From Capsulimonadales bacterium (GTDB lineage: Bacteria > Armatimonadota > Armatimonadia > Armatimonadales > Armatimonadaceae), in contig JANRLW010000102.1 in NCBI GenBank assembly GCA_033762295.1, positions 1 to 42,119 on the forward strand: a stretch of 42,119 nucleotides of DNA, in the 5' to 3' direction. The translations under genes and the position numbers were made by a program. Positions 26,444 through 36,362 of this stretch are shown here, piece by piece. Numbering within the stretch: the first letter of the stretch is position 1; each line of letters starts with the position of its first letter. The notes below the pieces were generated by a model, which was given only the letters and a program-made list of their open reading frames with translations, searched no databases and had not been told where the DNA came from.

Positions 26444-27886
26444 TCAAACGCTCTCTTTTTTCGGCGTGATCTTGAACACAACCGGACCGGGGATAAGGCG
26501 ATTTTCCGGAAGGCGAACCCGCAATCCCTGCTCGTCTCGGGTCCATTCGACCGCGACACGACCCGACGCCGAATCGACGCCGAGTAACTCGACCGACCCG
26601 ATGGTCTGCGGATACAGCGAAAGCATCGTGCTCAACGACCGGATCGTCAAATCGCCCGAACCCTCCGCCGCCAGGCTGATGGCGAACAGGCTCTCCTTTC
26701 CGGTCGTGAAACGAATGTCCTCTCGAACGTACTCCCCCCGACTTGTGTCGGTGAAATGCCCCTCGCCGATTCGGGTCGGACCTTCACCGAAGACTTTCCA
26801 CGGGCGCGTCCCGTAGATCGCCTCGCCATGGGCGAAAAGCCACCGCCCGATGCCGAGAAGGATCGCTTCGTCCTCCGCCGGTATGGTTCCGTCCGCCTTC
26901 GGCCCGATATTGAGCAGCAACGCTCCGTTCTTGCTGACAATGTCGCAAAGGTCGCCCAGAATCGACTCCGCCGTCTTGTATTCATTCCCGACCGTATAGC
27001 ACCACGAGTTCTTCGCGACGGCGGTATCCGTCTGCCAGAACAGCGGCCGAATATCCGAGGACTGCCCACGCTCCACATCGAACACCGCCGTCCCGTCGGG
27101 GAAGGAGGCGTTCTTGTAGTTGATCGCCACACCGCGCTCCCATTCGACACCCCGGTTGTAGTAATAGGCGGCAAACTTCTTTAAATACGGCTGAAATACC
27201 GGTTGTTCGATCCACCAGTCGAACCAGACCAGTTGCGGCCGGTATTTATCCACAAGCTCGCAGGTGCGAGCCAGCCAGTCTTCCAGGTACTCCTGGTTGG
27301 GGGGAAGTTCCTCGTTCTGCGCGGGACCGTAGAAATCAATAAACCGCCGATCGCGCACGTCCGAATCGAAACCCATCCCGCCATTCATAAACCACCAGTG
27401 CTCCGCCCGGTGGGTGGAAAGGCCGAACGTCAGCGATTGACGGCGAACGGCAGCGGCCAGTTCTCCGATCAGATCGCGCTTCGGCCCCATCCGAACCGCG
27501 TTCCATTCCGAAAACGACGAGTCGTACAGCGGGAAACCGTCGTGATGCTCGGCCACCGGAACCACAAACTTCGCACCGGCCAATCGAAACAGGTTGGCCC
27601 AGTGGTCCGGGTCGTAGTTCTCCGCCCGAAACAGCGGGATAAAATCCTTGTAGCCGAAGGTCGCCTGCGGACCGTACGTTCGAACATGGTGCTCGAACTC
27701 CGGAGTCCCCGCACGGTACATATTCCGCGGATACCATTCGTTGGCGAACGCCGGAACGGAGTAGACGCCCCAGTGGATGAAGATCCCGAACTTGCCGTCC
27801 CGGTACCAGTCCGGAACGCGGTACGCTTTCAGGGACTCCCAGTCCGGCGAAAACGGTCCCTCCGGAACGGCGATCGGCGATGTCAT
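26444..27886 (-). CDS. alpha-L-fucosidase (GH29)
   Basis: KFGIFIHWGVYSVPA, AEHHDGF, LVWFDWW, IVSKNGALLLNIGP, GEAIYGTRPW. Confidence 0.95.
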   Translation of the reverse strand: MTSPIAVPEGPFSPDWESLKAYRVPDWYRDGKFGIFIHWGVYSVPAFANEWYPRNMYRAGTPEFEHHVRTYGPQATFGYKDFIPLFRAENYDPDHWANLFRLAGAKFVVPVAEHHDGFPLYDSSFSEWNAVRMGPKRDLIGELAAAVRRQSLTFGLSTHRAEHWWFMNGGMGFDSDVRDRRFIDFYGPAQNEELPPNQEYLEDWLARTCELVDKYRPQLVWFDWWIEQPVFQPYLKKFAAYYYNRGVEWERGVAINYKNASFPDGTAVFDVERGQSSDIRPLFWQTDTAVAKNSWCYTVGNEYKTAESILGDLCDIVSKNGALLLNIGPKADGTIPAEDEAILLGIGRWLFAHGEAIYGTRPWKVFGEGPTRIGEGHFTDTSRGEYVREDIRFTTGKESLFAISLAAEGSGDLTIRSLSTMLSLYPQTIGSVELLGVDSASGRVAVEWTRDEQGLRVRLPENRLIPGPVVFKITPKKESV

Positions 27887-27914
27887 GGCTTCCCCCTCGT
27901 TCCTTGTTCTCCGG

Positions 27915-29624
27915 TTACGGTGTCGCCGCAACCGCCGTCGGTTTGCGCGGCAGTTTTTCGTCGCGCATCGCGGCGTTGTACAGGAACGCCGCCATGATCG
28001 TTGCCGCCTGCTTCATATCGTCTTCCTGGATTCGGTCGAAGCTGTCCTGGTTCGAGTGGTGTGTCCGCGTATCGTATTCCACCGGGTCCTGAATGAACTG
28101 GAAACCGGGAAGTCCGACGCCGTCGAACGGCAGATGATCCGTTCCGCCCGTATTCCGCAGGGTCACCGTGGTCGCTCCCAGGTCGTGGAACGGTTTTAGC
28201 CATTCCGCGAAAATCGGAGCGATCTCCCGGTTCCCCTGGCAGTAAATCCCCCGGATTTTCCCGGTGCCGTTATCCAGGTTGAAGTAGCCCGACAGCTTTT
28301 CATGTTCCGGTTTGACGCTCAGCACTCCGGACTTCCGCTCCCCGAAATGCTCCGCCACATAGGCCCGCGACCCGTAGAGGCCCTGCTCCTCGCCCGACCA
28401 GAGCGCGATACGGATGGTGCGACGGGGTCGGACGCCCAGCGCTTTCAAAATGCGCACCGCCTCCATACAGACCGCCACACCCGCGCCGTTGTCCGTCGCG
28501 CCGGTCGCCCCATGCCACGAATCGATATGCCCGCCGCACATCACGATCTCGTCCTTCCGATCCGTGCCGGGAATCTCGGCGACGGTGTTAAACACCATCC
28601 CTTTATCCTCCTCGACATACCGGGCTTTCAGTTCGAGAGCGATCGACACCTTCTCGCCCGCCTCCGTCATCCGGACCAGACGATTGTAATGCTCCGCCGA
28701 TACGACGATCTGCGGCACCGTGTCCTTCGGCAGATCCTTGCTCCACGGACTGATCGGGCGCGGCGCATCCGGTCCCGGAGGGGCGGTGCCCGGTGTCGGC
28801 TGCGGTCCCGTCGGCGGCACCGACAACTGCTGAACGAAAAGCGTCCCCCCGTCGCCGACCCGACTGGTTTCCAGAATCGCCGTCGCCCCCTCCTGCTGGC
28901 AAAGCTGCAGTTTTCGGCGGGACAACACCATCGCCTGCATCATGTTTCCGCCGAACGACGAGCGTTCCCGGCGCGGACGGTCCGCATTCTCGCCCGGCGG
29001 AGCCGACATTTCCGCCAGCGCCTCGTCCGTCCACCGATTCCCCTGCGGAGTGAAATTCGCCCGAACGGGCCGGATCGGACTGATCAGGACGATCTTATCC
29101 TTCAGTTTCCCCCGGTATTTCTCCAGCGCCGCTTCGTCCGCCGCGTCCAGATACACCACGTCGCGAGTCACCGTCCCTCGCGTGCTCGGCGACCAGGCTT
29201 TCGGGAGCGCAATCAACGGGATGCAACTTGGCTGAACGACCTGCGCCGAAAAACGCTCCATTTCCCAGCTTCGCCCGAACGCCCCCCACGGCTCCAGGTG
29301 CGCGTTCTCCAGGCCCCACTCGACCAGCTTCGAACGCGTCCACTCGTTCGCTCGCTTCAGTTGCGACGACCCCGTGAGGCGGGGACCGATCACGTCCGTC
29401 AGGTACATCAGAGTCGACATGACCTGCGAACGGTTCATCCCCTCCTCCCGGATACGAGCCATCATATCCGTGTTGAGGTTCTCGGAGACGACGGGAGCCG
29501 AAGCCGTCGCCACCGAGACCGCCGAAGGCGTTTGCGCCCACGCCGCAGGACGGAAACTTGACGCGACCCCCGCGGCGACCAAAAGACCGATGCCGATGCG
29601 GCGATATTCCGGTAACGATTTCAT
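27915..29624 (-). CDS. secreted M28 family peptidase (carboxypeptidase Q-like)
   Basis: Signal peptide, [53 protein letters not shown]. Confidence 0.92.
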   Translation of the reverse strand: MKSLPEYRRIGIGLLVAAGVASSFRPAAWAQTPSAVSVATASAPVVSENLNTDMMARIREEGMNRSQVMSTLMYLTDVIGPRLTGSSQLKRANEWTRSKLVEWGLENAHLEPWGAFGRSWEMERFSAQVVQPSCIPLIALPKAWSPSTRGTVTRDVVYLDAADEAALEKYRGKLKDKIVLISPIRPVRANFTPQGNRWTDEALAEMSAPPGENADRPRRERSSFGGNMMQAMVLSRRKLQLCQQEGATAILETSRVGDGGTLFVQQLSVPPTGPQPTPGTAPPGPDAPRPISPWSKDLPKDTVPQIVVSAEHYNRLVRMTEAGEKVSIALELKARYVEEDKGMVFNTVAEIPGTDRKDEIVMCGGHIDSWHGATGATDNGAGVAVCMEAVRILKALGVRPRRTIRIALWSGEEQGLYGSRAYVAEHFGERKSGVLSVKPEHEKLSGYFNLDNGTGKIRGIYCQGNREIAPIFAEWLKPFHDLGATTVTLRNTGGTDHLPFDGVGLPGFQFIQDPVEYDTRTHHSNQDSFDRIQEDDMKQAATIMAAFLYNAAMRDEKLPRKPTAVAATP

Positions 29625-29833
29625 GGAACGAGAACCCTTTGCCGTGTTTATTTGCAGTGATGGCGAAACGATGAACGTAAGCGGATGGATACGGCGGGAC
29701 GACGACCGTCCGGCAACGTCACCTCTCTGTGACGGAAGGCAGTTCGACAAACGGGGGCGTTTCTCCTGCCGGAAGGGAAAATCGTCCCTGGCGTCGAACC
29801 TGCCTCCGTTCCGGCACGCACGAAAGGCCCAAT

Positions 29834-31225
29834 GTGAACGTTTTTGACTGGTTCCGCCGCAAGCGATCCTCGCCGCCCGGCCGGCCCCTTCCGCCCCCCG
29901 ACGATATCCGGATCCCGCTGGAGGTGTTACCTGCGGTCGGTTACGCCGTCTACTTTCGACGGACGCCCGGTGAGCCTTTGCCCACCGCTGCCGAAATTCG
30001 CGCTCTCAGCCTGGAATGGCTCGAAACGCACTGTACCGACCCCCTCCTGTCCGTTCTTCGAGAGATTCTGGAGCGAGATTTCGTCGGAATCGAGATCAAT
30101 GATCGTGAACAGACCCCCGATCCGCCGGACGCCCTGATCCGTGCCTACAACCCGGGCGAAACCGAGGAACGACGTTACCGTGAAGCCACTCACGTCGCCT
30201 TCGTCGGCGCCGCCGATCTTCTGCTGCCCCCACGACCGGGATTCTGGGCCACGATCGCCGTCTCGCGGGCCCTCGCCGAAGCCCTACCCGGCGGGATCAT
30301 CGTCGATCCCGAATTTCCCCGAATACTCCCCCGCGCGTGGAACGATGCCCACCTTCCGGGCGACGCCCGACTCTTTCTGATCGACCACATTCTCGTTCCG
30401 TACTCCTTCGACGAGAACACCGGGTTGCTCTGGATCACCACCAAGGGAATGAACCGCTTCGGACTCCCAGACCTCGAGATGTGCGACGTTCCGCCAAACC
30501 TCGCGCAGCCCCTCCTGCCCATCATGAACGGACTGGCGCAACGGGTCGCTCGCGTCGCGATGCGGTTCGCCGAAGAGAACGCGGAGACCCTGGAAATCGA
30601 TCCACCCCTGTTCCTGCCGCTCAAGGCCGAGTTTACCTTCACCCTCGATGACGTTCGGCGGGCATACGATCGCGAACCGGTCAACGAGGACGAACCCGAT
30701 ACCTACCGGGAAACCCTGATCCGCTGGGAGATGCGTGACGGGGATGAAGACGCCGACATGAACCCGCTCATTCGGATTCTTCCCCCCCACGGAACCGAAA
30801 TCGAAACCGGCGTCTGGCTCAATACCGTTCTCGATGACCTGTTCGGGTCCAATCCGAACCTGGAAATGGTCGAACACGGAGACGAAGCCATGGAAGCCGC
30901 CCATTCGCGCGCCGTCGCCGAGGTTCCCCTGGTGAAATCCCGCTTCCAGGTCGGATTCCGATCCGGCGAAGTCCTGCATATCAAATACGGCTTCCCGACC
31001 GGAGATCAAGGGCATGAATATATGTGGATCGCCGTGACGCGCTGGGACGGCCCGCGCATCTCCGGACGACTCGCCAACGACCCCCAGTACCGGGACGATC
31101 TGCGCGCCGGACAGACGGTGGAAGTGGACGAGAACGACATCTACGACTGGCTGATCATTCACACCGACGGATACATGGAGGGCGCCTATACCAATCGCGT
31201 CCTGCAAAAACCCGACGACGAATAG
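29834..31225 (+). CDS. DUF2314 (YegJ-like) domain-containing protein
   Basis: C-terminal KYGF....HEYMWI....[11 protein letters not shown]....LRAGQTV....IYDW...EGAYT; central [16 protein letters not shown]. Start codon uncertain. Confidence 0.75.
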   Translation: MNVFDWFRRKRSSPPGRPLPPPDDIRIPLEVLPAVGYAVYFRRTPGEPLPTAAEIRALSLEWLETHCTDPLLSVLREILERDFVGIEINDREQTPDPPDALIRAYNPGETEERRYREATHVAFVGAADLLLPPRPGFWATIAVSRALAEALPGGIIVDPEFPRILPRAWNDAHLPGDARLFLIDHILVPYSFDENTGLLWITTKGMNRFGLPDLEMCDVPPNLAQPLLPIMNGLAQRVARVAMRFAEENAETLEIDPPLFLPLKAEFTFTLDDVRRAYDREPVNEDEPDTYRETLIRWEMRDGDEDADMNPLIRILPPHGTEIETGVWLNTVLDDLFGSNPNLEMVEHGDEAMEAAHSRAVAEVPLVKSRFQVGFRSGEVLHIKYGFPTGDQGHEYMWIAVTRWDGPRISGRLANDPQYRDDLRAGQTVEVDENDIYDWLIIHTDGYMEGAYTNRVLQKPDDE

Positions 31226-31252
31226 AAGGCAGCCGATAAATGGCCGTCGGCG

Positions 31253-32047
31253 TTATTCCGAATCGTCGCGCGGGATATACTCCCTTACCGAAAACAGGAC
31301 GTGAGCGGCGATCAGGGTCACGACCGCGACGGCGATCAATATTCGCCAGGCGTCCGGAACCGGGATCTCGAGATTCGGAGCCTGCGCGAAAGCGAGCAAC
31401 GGGTTCCCGCCACCCGATTGCGCCGGGTTCTCCGTGATCTCTCGTGCCGAAATCACCTTCAGGTACGTCATGATCGATACCCGGGCAAACTCCCCCGGCA
31501 GCTTCGGAACCACCGTTTCCCAGCCAAAGACAAACATCAACCCGTACGTCAGCGGGCGTGGAAGCGCGGTTCCCAGCAACAGGAAAACGCCCCCGTACGT
31601 CAACGCGCCCATCCAGAGCGCTACGATATCCGCCTCCATTCCCGCCTCGGCCAAACGGGACGGTTCGTACAACGCCAGACCGACCAGCAGGACGGAAACC
31701 GTCGTCACCGTCCCAACCGTCAGAAAGGCCGCCGTAAACTTTGCCAGGAGAATGCGCCAGCGAGGAAATGGACGCGTCAAAAGGTAGACGATCGTCTTGC
31801 CTTCAATCTCCTGAGAGACGACGCCCGTTCCGTAAACCACGGAAAGGATCGTTAAAGAGACCGAAAAAACGAACGGCGACACCAGACTGTCGTACACATC
31901 GCCCGGAACGAACGCGCCGCGCGGACTCAAAAGTCGCCAGCCGACCGCCAGGACCGGCGGCAACAAGAGCAGAATCAGCGCGATGATCAACCGGCGCGGT
32001 CGAAACGTGTCCCGAAGCGCATTGGCCAGCAGAAGCAGGTCGCTCAT
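31253..32047 (-). CDS. ABC-2 type permease
   Basis: Multiple TM segments; EIEGKTIVYLLTRP..RWRILLAK. Confidence 0.88.
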   Translation of the reverse strand: MSDLLLLANALRDTFRPRRLIIALILLLLPPVLAVGWRLLSPRGAFVPGDVYDSLVSPFVFSVSLTILSVVYGTGVVSQEIEGKTIVYLLTRPFPRWRILLAKFTAAFLTVGTVTTVSVLLVGLALYEPSRLAEAGMEADIVALWMGALTYGGVFLLLGTALPRPLTYGLMFVFGWETVVPKLPGEFARVSIMTYLKVISAREITENPAQSGGGNPLLAFAQAPNLEIPVPDAWRILIAVAVVTLIAAHVLFSVREYIPRDDSE

Positions 32048-32052
32048 CGTCC

Positions 32053-32982
32053 TTATTCCGCCTTCCCGTCCAGAAGCCGGCGCATCACGGTTTCCAGATT
32101 ATTGTCCGGCGCTTCGAACCGCCCGACCGTATAGCCGCCCGCCAGCACGATGCCCGGCAGATCGTTGTAAAAACGGTCCGGTTCGGCGGTCTCCACCTCC
32201 ACCCGCCCCGGTTCGTGCTTGTCGAGTCGAACGCCGAGGACGCTCGGAAGGGCCATCAGTTCCGTCGCAATCTCTCGCGCCCGGTCCGTTTCGATCGTGA
32301 TCCGGTGCGGATACCGGTCCATCAGATCCCGTATCGCCGATACCGCCCCCTGCGCGAGGAGTCGCCCCCGCTGCATCAGCAGAATGGTCCGGGTCAACTG
32401 CTCCACCTCATAAAGGATATGTGACGAGATCAGGACGCAACGGCCTTCCGCCGCGTAACTCAGCATCAGGTCCGTTATCTCCTGCCGCCCGATCGGATCG
32501 AGCCCGTTCAGCGGCTCGTCCAGCACCAGGATCGACGGTTCGTGCAGTATCGCCTGCGCCACCTTGATCCGCTGCCGCATCCCCTTGGAATATCCGGCGA
32601 TCTTCCGATCGCAGCGATCCGCCATCCCGACCCGCTCGATCGCCCCGTCGGTGCGAGTCTTTCGCTCCTGACCCCGGAACCCCGATAACGCCGCCATCTG
32701 GGTAACGAACTCCCGCCCGGTCATCTCCTCGTAAAAGTTGTCGATCTCCGGACAGTATCCCAGCCGCGCCAGCACCTTCGGGTTGGCGAACGGCCTCTCG
32801 TTCAGAACCTCCAGCTTGCCGGTCGTCGGTCGAAGCTGTCCGGTAATCAGCTTGAGCAGGGTCGATTTCCCCGCGCCGTTCGGCCCGAGCAACGCGGTCA
32901 AACCCGGACCGATCCGACAGGTCACGTCGTTCAGTCCGATCACCTGTCCGTACCAGCGGGACGCATGTTCCAGAACGATCAT
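32053..32982 (-). CDS. ABC transporter ATP-binding protein
   Basis: GPNGAGKST, YSKGMRQR, LVLDEPLNGLD, SSH; start at MIVLEHASRWYG overlapping the upstream stop. Confidence 0.93.
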   Translation of the reverse strand: MIVLEHASRWYGQVIGLNDVTCRIGPGLTALLGPNGAGKSTLLKLITGQLRPTTGKLEVLNERPFANPKVLARLGYCPEIDNFYEEMTGREFVTQMAALSGFRGQERKTRTDGAIERVGMADRCDRKIAGYSKGMRQRIKVAQAILHEPSILVLDEPLNGLDPIGRQEITDLMLSYAAEGRCVLISSHILYEVEQLTRTILLMQRGRLLAQGAVSAIRDLMDRYPHRITIETDRAREIATELMALPSVLGVRLDKHEPGRVEVETAEPDRFYNDLPGIVLAGGYTVGRFEAPDNNLETVMRRLLDGKAE

Positions 32983-34004
32983 CCGCGGACGACCTCCACC
33001 GCGCGTATCCGTGCCGCCGCCGCCCCGACCGGCAAGACGATGATCGCCAGGGTCAGACCGGCCATCGGGGCAAGAGGAGGCCGTCCCGGCATGTTGGGCG
33101 GCGCCTCCTGAATCACCCGACGCCGCCGGATGCGGCGACGGCCCTGCCGGAAGTTTTGCACCGCCTGCTGCGGTGTCACATCGTACAGCGACTGCGCCAC
33201 CCCACGATTCAAACCGCTGACCGACAGGTTGCTGACGATCGCGATGGTTTGCGGCATCCGCCCGGCCGTATCCCGTTCGAGCAATACCTCTCCGAGAATG
33301 CCCGAGGCCAGCGACAGGATGAAATAAAACCCGGCATAGGCCGCTCCCGCCAGACGGGGCGAGCGTGACCAGGCGGAAAAGCCCAGGATCAGGCTCGTAT
33401 GCAACAGCGGCCCGATCAGGGAGGCGGCCAGCATCCGCCCGAACATCCCGACGGCCTGATCGGAAAAGCCATCCTTCCAGTACGCCGTCAGAAAGAACAG
33501 GTACATAACGAGGTTCGGAACCAGCGAAAGCCCGGCGAGAAGCAAAAAGATGCCGAGCCACTTGCCCAGCAGGTAATCGCGCCTCGTCAACGGGCGCGAG
33601 AGGTAGACCAGCAGTGCGTTCGCCCGGTTGTCCGCCGCGATACTGCCGGCTCCGACCGTCAATGCCGCCGCGAAAAGGAAGAGATCGATCGAAACCAGCC
33701 CCTGATACAGCGTCAGCGCGTACGGATTGCCGGTATCCCCCGGAATGGTGACACCGAACTGCCGGACCGACTGGGTCACGTAAAAAATCGCCCCGAAGAT
33801 AAAGTAGGTCAGCAGAATGAACCCGGCCGGTATCCAGAAGCCCAGACGGGTCCGGTTCACGTTCTGCCGGATGGTCGAAAGGGCGACCACCCGGAAACGA
33901 ACGGAATGAAGATTTCGCGGACCCTCGTAATGACGGTACGACGTATCCGCGATGGTCGCATTCCCCGACGGATCGCGGTCCGCAATCGGCGCTTCGAGAC
34001 TCAA
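32979..34004 (-). CDS. ABC-2 type permease
   Basis: TM segments; IAADNRANALLVYLSRPLTRRDYLLGK. Confidence 0.88.
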   Translation of the reverse strand: MSLEAPIADRDPSGNATIADTSYRHYEGPRNLHSVRFRVVALSTIRQNVNRTRLGFWIPAGFILLTYFIFGAIFYVTQSVRQFGVTIPGDTGNPYALTLYQGLVSIDLFLFAAALTVGAGSIAADNRANALLVYLSRPLTRRDYLLGKWLGIFLLLAGLSLVPNLVMYLFFLTAYWKDGFSDQAVGMFGRMLAASLIGPLLHTSLILGFSAWSRSPRLAGAAYAGFYFILSLASGILGEVLLERDTAGRMPQTIAIVSNLSVSGLNRGVAQSLYDVTPQQAVQNFRQGRRRIRRRRVIQEAPPNMPGRPPLAPMAGLTLAIIVLPVGAAAARIRAVEVVRG

Positions 34005-34933
34005 CCTTCCACCGCCTCCATGAAAACCTCCTGCAGGCTGCGCTGCGCCGGTCGAAATCCGCGGATCTGCGCTCCGGATTCACGCGCCGCCTGGAACAGC
34101 AACAGACCCGGCGGAAGTTCCGCTTTCGACAGGTCGAAATGCAGCAGAGCGCCCTGGCGAAAGCCCGGAACGCCTCCGCGACGCGTCACGCTCTCGACAA
34201 ACGCCGCCGAAAACGTTCGCAGTTCCACTTCCCACGTGTCCGCGCCCGTGTCCCGGAGGGAGGCGATCGGCCCCTGACGAACCGCCCTCCCCCCGCGCAT
34301 CACGATCACATGATCGCACGTACGCTCGATATCCGGCAGAAGATGCGAGGAGACCACCACCGACAACCCCTTGGCCCGCGAAACATCCTTGATCAGGGCC
34401 AGCATCCCGTCCCGACCCTGCGGATCGAGACCGTTCGTCGGCTCGTCCAGGAAAAGCAGTTTCGGACCATGTACCAACGCCTGCGCCAGCTTGATGCGCT
34501 GCTTCATTCCGGTCGAATACGTCTCCACATTCCGGTAACGCGCCTCGCCCAGCGAACAGTACTCCAGCACTTCATGCGCCCGTCGTAACGCCTGCGCCGA
34601 CGGCAGGCCGGAAAGCTCCCCGGCATACGCGACAAAAGTCACTGCGTTCATTCCGGGAATGTGACAGTCCTGTTCGGGCATCAGGCCGATCTCCTGCCGG
34701 ATCGCCAGGGCCTCGGAGACCGTGTCCTTTTCCAGCACCGTGGCACGACCCGACGCCGGCCGCAGAAATCCCATCAGCGTCTTGATCAGCGTTGATTTCC
34801 CCGCGCCGTTCGGTCCCAGAAGACCGACGCACCCCTCAGGGATCGCCAGGGAAAGGTCGGAAAGTACGGTTTTCGGCCCGTAGCGGACGGTCAGGTTTTC
34901 TGCGTTCGCGACGGCAGGAGACAAAGCGGTCAT
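34001..34933 (-). CDS. ABC transporter ATP-binding protein
   Basis: GPNGAGKST, YSTGMKQR, LFLDEPTNGLDP, SSH. Confidence 0.94.
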   Translation of the reverse strand: MTALSPAVANAENLTVRYGPKTVLSDLSLAIPEGCVGLLGPNGAGKSTLIKTLMGFLRPASGRATVLEKDTVSEALAIRQEIGLMPEQDCHIPGMNAVTFVAYAGELSGLPSAQALRRAHEVLEYCSLGEARYRNVETYSTGMKQRIKLAQALVHGPKLLFLDEPTNGLDPQGRDGMLALIKDVSRAKGLSVVVSSHLLPDIERTCDHVIVMRGGRAVRQGPIASLRDTGADTWEVELRTFSAAFVESVTRRGGVPGFRQGALLHFDLSKAELPPGLLLFQAARESGAQIRGFRPAQRSLQEVFMEAVEG

Positions 34934-35076
34934 ATCGGCTGGAGTTATCCTACCACGAGTGACACCCGGAACCCGGCAACGGTTGCCCGTTAAATTTCGT
35001 CGGTTGACAGTTGTCTTTCGCTTTATTCCGGCGGAACCCTGAAACCGAAGGACGGTTTCGTCCGATATAATACGGT

Positions 35077-35451
35077 ATGAGGAAAGACCCTGAAACCGTC
35101 ACCGACGCCAACCGGACCACGACCGTCGAAATGACCGGCTCCGACCCGGAGCAGGTGATCGCCGATGTCCTCGGTGACGTGCCCCGCGCCGCCTACTGGC
35201 GCGAACTGCGGGAGGCGTTGTCCGACCGATTGGTGGCGGCGAAGTCGGAGCGCGACCGCTGGCTCCCCGACACCGCGGAACGAACCGCCGTTGAAAAGAG
35301 GATCGCCGAACTGCGGGAACAGGTTCACGCACTCGCGACCGAAGAGGCGGTCACCCAGTTCGTCGAGGATTCCATCCGCGCCTCCCTCAACCGTCCGGTC
35401 CCCGCCGGTACGTTCGCGTTTGCCGACGATGAGTTCGCGGAGGAATTCTAA
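35077..35451 (+). CDS. hypothetical acidic coiled-coil protein
   Basis: Host-like codon usage; heptad-like VEKRIAELREQVHAL; TATAAT 5 nt before the ATG. Confidence 0.7.
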   Translation: MRKDPETVTDANRTTTVEMTGSDPEQVIADVLGDVPRAAYWRELREALSDRLVAAKSERDRWLPDTAERTAVEKRIAELREQVHALATEEAVTQFVEDSIRASLNRPVPAGTFAFADDEFAEEF

Positions 35452-35455
35452 AAGA

Positions 35456-36169
35456 ATGCCGCGCTGCCAGCGAACGTTCCGATGGCTGACCGACTCGCCG
35501 ATTCGCACCGCAGCCGGCGCGGCTTCCTGGCGTTGCCCCCACTGCGCCGGACGCGAAACCTATGAAACCGTGATCGAACCCGATCTCCTCGATTACGCCG
35601 CCCTGGCGCAGGCCGCCGCCTTTCGCGACTTCGGCGTGCCGGAAGACAGCCGCCGGACGACCGTTCTCTTCTGGGGGCTGATCCCCGAATGCATCCGCGA
35701 ACCCGGAGCGCGCCAGTACCATGTCTACCTGCAAAGCGGGTCCGACGGCTATCAGGCGCGACTGCAGATCGGACATGAGATGTTCCATCGAACCTGTTCC
35801 CAGGGAAGAATCTTTCACTGGACCCACGAGATGCTCGCCTGCCTGTTCTCCGTACGCCTTCTCCGGCAGAACGGTGCGGAGGAGTACGCCGATCAGACCG
35901 AACGGGATTACGGACAACAGGCGCAGCAATGCAGCTTTCGGACGCTCGTGACCACCGATCTTATCCATGGCCCCTTCCCTCCCGGTTTGTACGGACGGGC
36001 GTTCCGAACCGGACGGGAATGGCAGGAACGCTTCGGCTGGCAGGCCCTCTGCCGACTCGCTCGGACCGAAGGCCGAAACGGCGCGCCGGACCTCGCCGAA
36101 TGGTTTTCCGCGGTCCGTGGAAGAACCGAAATGAGGGAACATGACCCGTCGTTTTTGAATCAAAACTAG
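35456..36169 (+). CDS. putative zinc metallopeptidase (HExxH, gluzincin-like) with N-terminal Cys motif
   Basis: QIGHEMFH followed by WTHEMLA and a later GLYG; N-terminal C...CPHC. Confidence 0.65.
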   Translation: MPRCQRTFRWLTDSPIRTAAGAASWRCPHCAGRETYETVIEPDLLDYAALAQAAAFRDFGVPEDSRRTTVLFWGLIPECIREPGARQYHVYLQSGSDGYQARLQIGHEMFHRTCSQGRIFHWTHEMLACLFSVRLLRQNGAEEYADQTERDYGQQAQQCSFRTLVTTDLIHGPFPPGLYGRAFRTGREWQERFGWQALCRLARTEGRNGAPDLAEWFSAVRGRTEMREHDPSFLNQN

Positions 36170-36196
36170 CAGGATACGTCACCCACCGTCGATCGG

Positions 36197-36236
36197 ACGG
36201 TACGAAAGTACCCCGCGAACACGGGACGAAAGTACC
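36197..36236. promoter_or_regulatory. tandem palindromic repeats, candidate NarL/DosR-type response regulator sites
   Basis: ACGGTACGAAAGTACC (36197) and ACGGGACGAAAGTACC (36221), 24-nt period; TATAAC at 36281. Confidence 0.55.
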
Positions 36237-36362
36237 GCTTTTCCGGAACCATTTTACAGGCCCGACCGGCGATTTCAGTGTATAACCAAACACGGAGAGC
36301 ACCAAGGATGCCCGTTGTCCCGCGGACACTATCGGGACAAGGTTTTCAGGAAATGAGGCACA

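Noticed and set aside
29731..29810. Cobalamin riboswitch (ACCTGCC 3' motif, GGGAA)
   Set aside because: The other conserved elements (GGTGxAAxTCC, CCCCGCxACTGT) are missing and the neighbours are not B12 genes; kept only as a generic structure candidate.
32053..34083. 676-aa ORF as a fused ABC protein
   Set aside because: The first 367 codons are an off-frame read through the permease gene; the ATPase starts at 32982.
36197..36236. CRISPR mini-array or LexA box
   Set aside because: Only two 16-nt copies with an 8-nt gap and no cas genes. GTAC-N4-GTAC only loosely resembles GAAC-N4-GTTC LexA boxes, and the adjacent genes are not SOS genes.
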